Both the position numbers and the translations under genes were made by a program. From positions 3,206,646-3,270,645 of the forward strand of contig NW_019091355.1 in assembly GCF_001949145.1 (NCBI RefSeq): a stretch of 64,000 nt of DNA, read 5' to 3'. The DNA comes from Acanthaster planci. Taxonomy: Eukaryota. This document shows, piece by piece, positions 24,543 through 36,660 of the stretch. The notes beneath the pieces were generated by a model that was given only the letters and a program-made list of their open reading frames with translations, made no database searches and was not told the DNA's origin. Positions within the stretch are counted from its first letter, which is position 1. Every line of letters starts with the position of its first letter.

Positions 24543-25344
24543 CCTGTACATGTGTGTGCATTCATCACACACTTTATCCAAAACATGCTTAAAATGGAAT
24601 TGACAACGCAGAAAAATGGCCGTCATCAGGTACCGAATGATCGTTTAGAGAATACACGTATGTTCAGATAGCATCTGTGTGGGTTTATCAATGACTTTAA
24701 CGGCTGCAAGGTACATGTACATGTACATGTGTGGTACACATACATGTGTAAATATCTCAGGAGAAATGCCAACGAGTGAGCCTTGAGTGCTGGCAGCAGG
24801 GAAATTGGCTCATGATGGCATGAATGAAATGCCAGAGATTATGAACCAAGCCCGGTTATTTGAAGTGTGTGATTTATGATTTTGTGGCTGTCATGTTCAT
24901 TTGAAATCGCACGCATCTCCAAATAATCTTGTTTTAAGGGAATGTTTTAGTAGTCCTTGAAAATCTTCAATACAGTCGAGATTACTAAACCTCCTGATGG
25001 AATTTCAAAAGTTTTGAAAGGGCTGTTGATAAAAATCTGTTTTGATAGCAAAGACAGTTGTTCTCAAACTTCTTGTCATGAAACATGCATAAACCATCAA
25101 GAATGTATTTGATATAGGGCATGCACAGTAGGATATCGCGTGTGTACCGGTACATTTACATCGAATTTAATATCAATGGAGCGAATTCCAATTTTCATTG
25201 GTTAGTGCTTACATTCAGACTTGTGTTTTACAATCTGTGATTACTTCCTGTTCCGTTCTGGCAGACGTTTCATCCACATCCTGTCGATGAATGACCTCAT
25301 CACGTAGGACATTTTAACTTTTAAAACTCAAAATTTCCGTGTCA

Positions 25345-25913
25345 NNNNNNNNNNNNNNNNNNNNNNNNNNNNNNNNNNNNNNNNNNNNNNNNNNNNNNNN
25401 NNNNNNNNNNNNNNNNNNNNNNNNNNNNNNNNNNNNNNNNNNNNNNNNNNNNNNNNNNNNNNNNNNNNNNNNNNNNNNNNNNNNNNNNNNNNNNNNNNNN
25501 NNNNNNNNNNNNNNNNNNNNNNNNNNNNNNNNNNNNNNNNNNNNNNNNNNNNNNNNNNNNNNNNNNNNNNNNNNNNNNNNNNNNNNNNNNNNNNNNNNNN
25601 NNNNNNNNNNNNNNNNNNNNNNNNNNNNNNNNNNNNNNNNNNNNNNNNNNNNNNNNNNNNNNNNNNNNNNNNNNNNNNNNNNNNNNNNNNNNNNNNNNNN
25701 NNNNNNNNNNNNNNNNNNNNNNNNNNNNNNNNNNNNNNNNNNNNNNNNNNNNNNNNNNNNNNNNNNNNNNNNNNNNNNNNNNNNNNNNNNNNNNNNNNNN
25801 NNNNNNNNNNNNNNNNNNNNNNNNNNNNNNNNNNNNNNNNNNNNNNNNNNNNNNNNNNNNNNNNNNNNNNNNNNNNNNNNNNNNNNNNNNNNNNNNNNNN
25901 NNNNNNNNNNNNN
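25345..25913. other. Assembly gap
   Basis: Run of N. Confidence 1.
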
Positions 25914-28900
25914 TACATACAATGTACATGTACATTGTTCCCAATGCTGTAGTTTTGTTTTGAAGAGTGGAAACTGCCTTGATTGAAGTTGGTTCATTCA
26001 AAAGTGTTTGATTTTTTAAGTTCTTTTCATGTCAAAGTCTGTATTCAGGAAAAGTGAGCCTTTGGATGTCATTGTGCATCAGAGAAAGTATGGACTTCTA
26101 AATAAGAATTATTGTACGCCCTGCTTACTAACACAGTCACAACATGTTTGTGTTGTGTAGCATGTGTACATAGTACGTGTGGGTTTTATTTGGAATGCCA
26201 CAAAGACTTTTCAAGTTTGCCATCGTCACACCATCAGATTTTTTTCCAGACAAACACTCCGGATCATGCACTGGTACATGGTTTCCAATCTGTTCCTTCA
26301 TCACCCCAGCACCCCACCTTCCATTTGTCAACCCCCTTCCTGCATGTACAAACCAAGCAATTTGTACCCCACTGCTAGGTTGCACCCTCCCCCACAGAAA
26401 AGGGTGTCCCGATACCCCTCACAGGCACGGTCTAATGCCCCCATTTTACCCCCACACCAAGGAGACGAGAGGAGGATTAAGCCAGGTGAAGTTATTTGAG
26501 CCGACGAAACTCAGCACCCATGTCTTGCATCGGAAGCACAACACAATCTGGCTGGGTCTGTGTTTGCATTGTGCTCGTATTGATTACGGAAGAAGAAAGA
26601 GAGAAAAACTATGTTGTACAGTACAATTGGGAAACCTCCAGGTTGAGGCTCTGTTGTGAATGCCGAAACCCCATGCAGTTTCACACGGTCAATACTTGTA
26701 GCCTGGGTTTGAATTTGGCAGTTGGTTGGAAGTATAAAAGATTTTATGGATTGGATAATTTGCTTTCAGAATGGGCTCCTATTTATGTTGGTAGCTACAA
26801 AGGGCCTTGTGCAGGGAGGCTTTTAAAGACCGGTTGTGTTAGCTTGAACTTCTAGAAAGGTCATGTTGGCCTTACTTACCAGCTCTGAAGTTATGGCTGT
26901 GTACCCACCGGTACATGCACATGTGCATACAATGTAGATGTACCACACATTCATGTCGTAAGCCACAAAGGACTTATTAGAGTGAAAATCCCGCGCTCAA
27001 TGAATAATGTCTGAATTTTCAAGGTGAACACTGTCATCATTAAAGTAATACTTACATGAGGAAAGTGGCGGGTTGTAAGCAGTATGCATGGTATGTAGAA
27101 ATGTATGAGGATGTGTTATCTTCTACTGGTACATGTCCATGTCCATGTACTGTAGAGTAATCCCAACTGTCGTCAAGTTGGCTGAAGTCTGGTTGAAGTT
27201 GAACTCAACAAGAGTTCTCACAGCTGTTGGACCTTGTTACAGTAACTTGAGCAAAGAATAGCTCTATTTTTTCTGTCCATCTCTGCGGCAAGTTTACCAC
27301 TTCACTGACAAAGAACAGAAAGGCTGGGGGGGGATTTCAACTTGGTGCATGGCGCATTTACGAAGACCGTACATTTGAACCAGAAGTGGGTCACACATGC
27401 AATACATGTACAGTACCCTGCGCATCCCACACCAAGTGCACCTGAACCTGTGTGCTCTGCTAGCCCACCAAAGCCATTTCGTGTAAAAACACCTTTATTA
27501 TCCTATTCCTGCATTGAGCAGACATTGGATATCTGAGAAATTTCTTGTGGGTCTGGTAAGCTGCACGTAAAGTACATGTACAGTAGTCGGGCATGAGCAA
27601 GCACGTGTGCCTGGTGGGTTGTCTCAGAACAGATTGTTGTCTCGTTATTACTTAAAAAAAAACACCAACACTTCTTCTGGTGGTGTATGGAGGCCACAGC
27701 CACGTAGGTTTTGTTGAATTGAGCAAACTTGGTACTTTGCTGCTGTTAGAATTGCTTGGATTCGGGAGGGATCTTTGAACACGAAGAGGGCTGAGGTAGA
27801 ATGGTCAAGCCTTGTTTCTCACTTTGCCCTGTGTAACATTGTGGTCCCTCTACCCCGACAAAGGCGACCGGAAATACTGTAGAATTATTAATCTGGCCCT
27901 GTTTTTCTTTTGATTGAGGGAGCTGATAAAGGCCTAATCAGAATCAAGTGTAAACTTTGCCGGTACAGGTTTTCATTTTTGAATAAAATACGTTACAAGT
28001 AGCTGAATGGTAGCTTCTATGCTGTTCTGACTATCTCCAGGGCAGGATTTACCCTTACATGTGAAAGTGGGTTTGGTGTCTGTTCAAATTTTTTGCCAGT
28101 AGTTTCTTTGCCTGGTTAAGTTGCAGTGCCTTTGCAAGTGTGGCCCTCGACAAAATGCTGCTGGGCACACTGTGGGCAGGCAGGCATTTTGCGCACCCCG
28201 AAGTGCAGACCTCAAAACCCAGGTGCCGTAGCCTCTTCCTGGGCCAGCTCTTGTTCCAACTTTGTGCCTGAGCAGGAGCCAGCCACCAGCTTCCTGGGGA
28301 AAGGCTTTGGCCGAGAGATTAGGCACTCAGTGAGGGAAGTGGGGTAGAAGGGATGGCTTTGGATTTTTCCAGCAGGTTGGAATTAATCTGGTAAATGGCC
28401 ATGCACTTCCTCCAAATTGTGATGGTTCCAACATGGTTAATATACATGTACACGTACCGTACATTAGTGCTCTAGGCTCTAGTGCCTACTGTAACTACGG
28501 GTAGTATTTATAAAAGTAGGTCGATCATGACTGAGTACATTGATGCATGTGTAGGATCTTATTTTCATAAGTTGTAAATGGATTGGAGGAGGCCACTGAT
28601 TGCAAAATATCAATTTTTGTATTAAGAGCGAAAACGTACATGTAGTATTGCCAAATAAATAGGAAATAATTGCAACCCCAGTCAGTACTTGTTAGGACTG
28701 ACATCCACCGCAGTTCAGTGGTGGGTGTACATGTATTCTCACACATTCAAAGTTTTGGCATCACTTCATCAGGTCATGTAAGCTGTGGTCTGTATTGATT
28801 TTGGTCCACTAGGTCCACTGGCCGGGTACAGTGCACTGAAACATTGCCAGTTTCCTGCACATTTTAAAGTTCTTGTGAGGTTTTTACAGTTAAAATGTAA

Positions 28901-29866
28901 ATCTACAGTACACTGTACATGTACATTATACATTATTGGAACTGGCCTTTCATTGGCTGTCCATAGATCTTGTCTACCGGTATCTGTGTACTTGTACCGG
29001 TATGCATCGAAGGATGTACAGAATATTGCGCTAAACTGACAACCCCCCCTATTGTTTCCTTTGGTGTGTGTACATGGAGCCACACCGTGGGCAAATAAAG
29101 GCGACCGTAGATTGAGAGACATTCCACCCATTTAACACACTTCTAAATGTGGGGGGGGAGGAGGAAATCGCCCAGTTTGATGTATTACATGTGTAACTGA
29201 GGTTCAAAGGTCCGAAACTCAGAGGAACAGGTACATACTGGTATGTAAGACGTGTATACATGTACTGTGCATATTGCCCTTGTTAATGCTGAAGTTTTAT
29301 ATCATGTTTTTCTTTTGATTATTACACAGGCACCTGTTTTTACGAAGGTCTCCACTATGCGGTAAGTGAAAAAAAAATACCTCTTGATAATAGTCCAGAT
29401 CCTCCAGCTGCATCCTCCTACGTTGACACTTGTTGTCAGCGCTTGTTGGAGACCATTTCAAGTCGGTCACCTCGGCGCTCATGATTTTAATGACACATAC
29501 ACCTCTTGCCAGAATGATTCATGGGTACATTTCCAAATACACCCATGTAGTACATGTACGTGTAGTTTCCCGTCCTTGTTCAACAACAGCTAGCTGCTAC
29601 AGGTTACGTGTAAAATACCCATGTAGTTTGTGTCAATTAAAAAAGATGAGGCACATGTGTTGAAGTCATTTCTTGGTGTAGGCAATCTTAGATTCTGAGC
29701 AAACTCAAATCCTGTCGGAAGTATAACCCCCTTTTCATTGTTGTTTTGTCAGATTGATTGCTGATCCAAACCTGACAAATTTTTTCCCCTTGAGTCTCTT
29801 TAATATTTCATCATTAAATATCAGTACTGTCTCTGTCTGTCCTGATTGAAACCACCCCTTGTTGAG

Positions 29867-30222
29867 ACCAGGCTTGAAGCTTTCAATCTGGGTAGAAAGT
29901 TTCCCCAAACCATGTTCAGAGTTGGGACTGGCCTCACCAGGCTTGAAGCTTTCAATCTGGGTGAAAGTTTCCCCAAACCATGTTCAGATTTGGGACTGGC
30001 TTCACCAGGCTTGAAGCTTTCAATCTGGGTAGAAAGTTCCCCCCCCAAACCGCGTTCAGATTTGGGACTGGCTTCACCAGGCTTGAAGCTTTCAATCTGG
30101 GTAGAAAGTTCCCCCTAAACCATGTTCAGATTTGGGACTGGCTTCACCAGGCTTGAAGCTTTCAATCTGGGTAGAAACTAGAAAGTCCCCTGAACCATGT
30201 TCAGATTTTGGGACTGGCTTCA
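29867..30222 (+). repeat. Minisatellite, ~69-bp unit x5
   Basis: accaggcttgaagctttcaatctgggtagaaagtt(c)nccaaaccatgttcagatttgggactggcttc starting at 29867, 29936, 30004, 30076 and 30146. Confidence 0.95.
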
Positions 30223-33200
30223 TCATGCTTTTGATGCCTGCATGGAAACTGGTTTGCCCTGGAAGCTTGTCTGTTTGGTCAACCTCAATCGCCAAACATA
30301 AATTGCACTTGAAACAACAAGTGTCGAAACTCAGTGATTCAGCACAGTAGGCTTATTCATGTTGAATGCCATATCTGTTCAGGTTGAAGCCAACCCCGGC
30401 AGATATGACTTGGATTGAAGTGATTCATTCCCAACAGTTTCAAGGGCCAACACAAGCATGTCATGTACACAACTATAAATTTTTGATCCTGACGACAAAC
30501 CACGCTTAGTTTCAGTTTGTCTGAAAATGCTGGCATGCATTTACACATAATGATGTACATGTAGGCCAACATTCTGAATTAAAATGTTGGACCTCAGAGT
30601 CATCCTCAGGAGAAAAAGAATTTCTTCACAGAACCAAAGCAGCGATCTTAGAGTTACTGTGGCTAAGAATTTGAAGTATTACGGCATCTGCCGAGAGACT
30701 GTTGCCTCTCTCTTTCCACGCCTTCTCGCTGACTCTTCTTCCTGTTGTCGTAACCCTCGGGTCTGGTCGACCAGTTTGTCATAGTCTTGCCACTGAACAA
30801 AAAAAAATTGGTCTTCAAGGTATGGATAGGCTTTGCCGTGGGGGCTCAGTAAACACATTTGTTGCAATGTTCTGACAACATGTGAACCTGCAGCCAATGA
30901 ATCATGCCTCGGGAAAAGTGCACTGCACTTGTGTTTGTGGAACATATTCTCTGTGTGACACGTGCTCGACGACTTACCACATTACTGTCAGATATTTACA
31001 TGATAGCATTGCATATGTAGACAAGAATACAAATCTTAACTATAGCTTGCTTGAAATACATGTACACATACATGCACCATGAGTTGTGAAATATTAGCTT
31101 TTTGTTACCGGTATCCGCCTATCAGTAGTGTGTGAAACATAAGATTATGTAATCATTGTAGCCATATGCATGTATGCAACAAGTCTTCTGGAATACCAAA
31201 TCCTTAAAAGTTGTCTACTCCATGTTGTAAGGACAATCTGCAAGCAGAATGAGACATGATTATTGATCTGAGTTAGGACAAAATTTGTATGTATGGAAAC
31301 ACTACATGTAAATGTGCATGTGATCTCCTGACTAATCCGACGAGATGCCATACAAACGCTTTCGTAAGCTTAATGTGCATGTGTTGTTGGCAAACTGCGG
31401 CACCCTATTGGTTGAAGAGGCATAAATGCACACCTGCCCTCTGTTCATGAGCGTTGTGCCTCCTCAGTAATAGATTCTAATCTACATGTACCTCTAGGCT
31501 GTTGAAAAAGAATGATATTTTAAGCTAAGGCGGGTTTGAGGTTGAGCATCAGGATGTGTGGAAACATGGGGTAAGGAATTGAGTTAGGATAGTGTGGTTT
31601 AGGATATTTTGAGTGCATGTTCAGTTTGTAGGGGAAAAATGCCTTTGATCAAAGTCTCCTGCCCACTGCTTTGCATGCTTGTGTTTGTAATGTGTAGGCC
31701 CTACATTATACATGTATCAATAGATTACAAGTCTGGATCCCACTCAAGATCAAACTTCAGTATCCTCCCCCCATGAACATGTACAATGATGTACCTGCCA
31801 CAGTGCTGGCTCTCCCCATCGTAATCAACTCACATCCTGGCTTCATTACCTCAAGTTACAGCAGGGATAAAAATGGATCCCAAATTTTGTTTTGCATCTC
31901 CGGGCAAACTCTCCTGTCCCTCAGGAATTATATCAGGGCCAATGCTTAGAACATTTTTTTTCATGCAAACTTCACTCTATGGATGCAGATTGCGTACAGT
32001 AAATGATACGAACAGGGTCAGAGATTAAATCAACCTGCCCTTTAATACTTCAAACACTCTGACAGCTGGGGGGGGTTGTTAACATTACTTGTAAACCCAG
32101 AGAAGTGGGCGTGGCAAATCAAAACATTAGGCCCTTTAAGTACTTTGATAAATTTGCATATTTCGTGTCTCTCTCGTCAGCAAGCTTAGAACAGTGTGTT
32201 ATTTCACATTTTCGATGTACTTATATTGTAATATTTGACAGCGAGTAATCACTTACAAAACCGTGCTTTTTAAAGGAATTTACATGTTCATGGGTTGCCT
32301 GCAAAGGTACATGTAGTGGCTTCGGTATTTTTAAACAGCAGCGAGTCTTAAACAGCCAGTGTATACTAATCAAAAAGTATAAACTTGTGCGTAAGAAATT
32401 CAGAGTGTTCACAAAATTCTGCACCACAGTAGGAGTGGCATGGAACCGGTACAAAATGACGATATCCTGCCTACGTTCCTGAAATATACAGCACTGTTCA
32501 GTGTTCCCGCTTAGACGCACATGTTGTATTCAGAATCAGAGTTCGGTGTATCCTTCTTCATGTTGTGGTATGCTACACCTGCGACTGCGCATTGCAAACT
32601 CTTCCCCCGCCGCGTGCCAGGTAGCGTTTGGTCAAATTCAGGGTGATGACTCCATCCCCTTCCCGTGACCCCAATGACATGCCGCGCAACATCACACGAG
32701 AGGTACATGTAGAGTAGCCACATCCTAAATGATTGCATCCTCATCATGTGATTTATCCTTCACGCCTGATCCACTTCGTCTAGTCACCTTTCCTCTGCTG
32801 GGGGGGGAGTCACCCTAGGGTAATAAAAATCTCAGAATGTGTCGCAGTCAGTCAGTAAGCCACGTAGAGTCAATTTCATTGTCCAAGTGCACAGGGAAGG
32901 AGAAAAGAAAAATTGTTTGAATTTGAATTTGTTTGACAAATTCAAAGTTTTTGAGGAAATTTTATTTTACCGTGGAGAACCCAATTGTATTGACTCAAGA
33001 ATAACAAAGATGTTAGTAACATGTACTGTAGGTACCTGTACATGTATATCACAGTTGCATTGAACACTGTTGCAATTGAACCAAATTGGGAACAGTGACT
33101 ATTTAATCCCAAGCTCTGTACAACTACTGTATGTGAAATCTAATGCTTGTGTTGGGGTTGGCATAAACTGGAGCCATAAATTGCCAAGTTCCCCCCCCCC

Positions 33201-36200
33201 CCCCGACAATTTTGAAGTCCTACGTTTGTAAGGCGCCCAAGTTTGTGTACAGGCTACAGCGCAGCTTGCAATGTCTTTCATGTGGAGACAAGACACCGCT
33301 GTAATGTTACTTTTTGTTCCAAGGTCCTTGTGGAATCTACCTGTACACATTCCTGTGTGAAAGTGTTGTTTATTTTCTTTTGTAAATTGACCACCATTGG
33401 CGTGGAGAATTTATTTTCTTTTGAAACTTGACCACCACTGAAGAGCCATGATTTAAGCAAACAGCAACATGCTGGGTCAAGCATGTAGGGCCACTTTGGG
33501 GAGTAAACGGTCGATTCTATGGTCACTTACAGTCAAATCATCGTCCACCGCATAGTCATTACTGGCTGCCTCCCAGATGTCCGATTCAATCACACCACTT
33601 GAGGAAAATTATGCTATTCCACTCCGTCAAAGGTCACCAGAGACCATGCCCACATACACAAATGATGGACCCTCCCGAATACCATTTTTTGTCCGAAGAT
33701 CCCTGTGCACAGACCAAGCCGGACAATAATGGGAGGTCAAACGTGACTCCGGTCCCCCAAAGCCAGAGGAACAAATAGCAAGACTTTTATTTGTTCTGTA
33801 AACTTTTCAAATTGCCCAATTACTAACTGCCCCTTGGACCTTGGAATAGAGGGCCAGGTGGCTTGATTTTTTCCCCTCTCCTTTCTTCCTGGAGGTCTCG
33901 GTGGGCAGCCTCTGGGTTGAAACCAATAGGACTGATTATTGGGGCATCCTCAGTTAGGGCTGGTGTAACTTTTGTGTCACAGAGGTTTCTATTATGGTGG
34001 CAAAGCAGACTGCCTAGCAGGCTGGTCAAACCAGATTGGATATCAACAAAAACCTACCATAGAGATAGGACAAATGATGCCTCGCGATTGTGAAATTTAT
34101 GTTAAAAAAAAAAAGGAAAATCAGTTGACCTGAAGCCCGACCACCCACTTACTGCCTTTTAAGTTTCCTTTGCAATGGTATTGCACCAAATAGTCAGTAT
34201 TGCTTCCACATCACAATGACATAAGATCAGACACTCATGGATTTAAGGTATTTAAGAATACTTAAGACCCAGGGACTTCGTAATTTGGAGAATATGTCGC
34301 TGAGTACAGCATGTGAGCACATAACATTTGCTATTGGTGATCTGAATCCCCTGCAGGGAATTTCCAACATCTGGTGTCAGTTAAAACTAACAATGAACCG
34401 ATGAAAATCCATTTAAGAACCACCGAGGAAGGCAAAAGGTTATTTTCTGAGAGCTTAGAAACTATTCGGACAATTAACTTGGTTCCCATTTTCGTGGAAT
34501 ATGAAGTTTGGGTACCGGCGGGGCGTAACATACATGTATTGCCAGTACATTGAAGTCCTCCCAACTGAAATGAATCATTGAAGAAGTGTTACAACCTGGT
34601 GGGGGGGGGGTTATTTCTTGAAAGTGCCCTTAGTCATGTCAGATAGGAAGAGCTCTTGCTGTCAGTAATGACTAAAGTACATGTACATGTACATGTAGTT
34701 GTCGGTAAGTACACAGTCCTTTACCTTACTTTGGGATTTACATTTTCGTAGGTGTAGAACATGACCTTGGCTTGCCCGTTGCTTGAAGAATCAATTCCTG
34801 AACTTGAAATCAGAACTGCGATTCCTTTTCTTTTGAAAAAAGAAATCAACTCCCGTGAAGGTACAATTTGTACTCGATTTTAACTTTCTTTGAAACAATT
34901 CTAGTCTCTCTCTCAGATTCGGCAGACTGAGAGTTCTCATAAGCCATAGACCCCTGGGAGCTATGAAATGGAATGCAGTACCGAAAGCGAGGTTTTTTTT
35001 TGTGTCTGTGATAACTGTGACTTCGGAGCAGATTCCAGGGAATAAGTAACTGTGGTCAGTTGAGTGATTATCCCTCTTTAGACCTTACTGGTACATCTGC
35101 AAGTTTATTAACCTCAACTCCAAATGCATCGTAATTTTGGTCTTCAAGCCTATCTAAATCCCTCCAAAATCCTCCAGCATGCCAGAACCCAGTGCCACTT
35201 TTTCTGCACTTCAACAACTTTTCAAACCTGAAGTAGTTTGAGAAATTGTTGTCCAAAGGCCATATGATCATTCACGTTAAACACTCCTTGTAAGTTTCTC
35301 CTTGCTGAAGTCCGAAGTGGATCGTATGACGGGAGTCCCAATCAATATTTCTCCACTTGCCCCTGAACCAATCACAGGAGACTGCCCAGATCGAAAAATG
35401 AACTCATCAGAAATCTCACCACTGTCAGTCATGACCCCTGTCCTGACCCCCTTTGAAACTACACCCTGGGAATCCATGTCACATAACCAATACACGATGT
35501 GCCCACTTAGATACCCAACCCCCGCTTCTGAAAACATTGGCCTTCCCCCCTTGAAAAACTGGAAAAAGTTCAACCCCTTGACCTGCGCAGTTCAGTTTGA
35601 AGCAGGTTCTGTCAGCATCGCCGTCCCCTTGTCTTGAAATAACCCAGGACCCTGGTCCCAAAAAAATGAGTTTGAGAATTTATGGAAGTATTTTCCTATT
35701 GCCCCGGAAGGAGCCGTGTAGGGAAAATTGAATCTGGATCAGCCGCCCGTGAAATTAGAAATTTGTTGGGGGAAGTTTGAATTCATGGGTCAAATATTTG
35801 GATGAGTGCTGGTTCAGAGGATTTGAAGGGAGAAGTAACATAAGACATTTTCCCTATTCACGAAGAAAAACAAACATTAAGGTTGTTGGGAACTTCACAA
35901 AGTACATTGACGCCTTAGGGTATGCTGTAATTATCATGATAGGGGACTGTGGATCCAATGACGTTAGAAGCTGTTTGGTACCGTTAAATCAGATGGAGAC
36001 TATTGATGCATTGGTGCCTCGCCCAGAAATATTTGCCGCCTACTTGATACTGCCATCCATCATTCTGAATAATGTGGCAGTCATCATATCCACAGAGTGC
36101 ATCGCAGTCCCTAATCGACACTGTAACATGCTTATGCATGAATATTCTTGCCCTGCCCAAATGAGATGATATTGTAATGAGTATCTGGGTGTTTCAGCAG

Positions 36201-36486
36201 TGTTAGGAGTACTGAAAATTACCCTACTCTACGGTATTTTGGAGGTGTTAATTAGCTCAACTTTGACAAAGTTGTTTGAGGAGCATTTGCTGCAGTGTCA
36301 TGGGACATGAAATTTTTCTGTATCAAGAAAACCTTGCTGCAAATATGACCAGTGCAGCAGTAGTTTTTTTCTCCGTTGCTGGTTATGTACATGTAGATGT
36401 GCACGGTCGTAAGAAAATCGTGTACACACAGCATCTCAAGAAAACTACATGTACCTGTACATGTATATACATGTATGTATGTTAAT

Positions 36487-36660
36487 CAGGGGTGAGATTT
36501 CTCAGCTTTTTAGCCGATTTCAGCTTTTTTTGTTTTGGATTTCAGCTTTTTTTCCCTCACTGGCTGTGTACAAAAGTAAAGGAGATTTTCACAGTTCAGC
36601 TTCTTGATGCCTTTTTCAGCTGTTTTCAGCTATTTTTATCATTGGTCAATCTCACCCCTG
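36487..36660. mobile_element. MITE with perfect 13-bp TIRs
   Basis: caggggtgagatt ... aatctcacccctg; internal repeated tttcagct motif; no clear target duplication. Confidence 0.7.

Noticed and set aside
25314..26001. Long ORFs of 196-227 aa in the ORF track
   Set aside because: Artefacts of translating the N gap.
29867..30222. CRISPR-like array of palindromic repeats
   Set aside because: Units are contiguous and near-identical with no unique spacers; no cas genes; eukaryotic context.
35068..35661. Cluster of overlapping 60-111 aa ORFs
   Set aside because: No recognisable domain or consistent splice sites; could be decayed transposon sequence, but unsupported.
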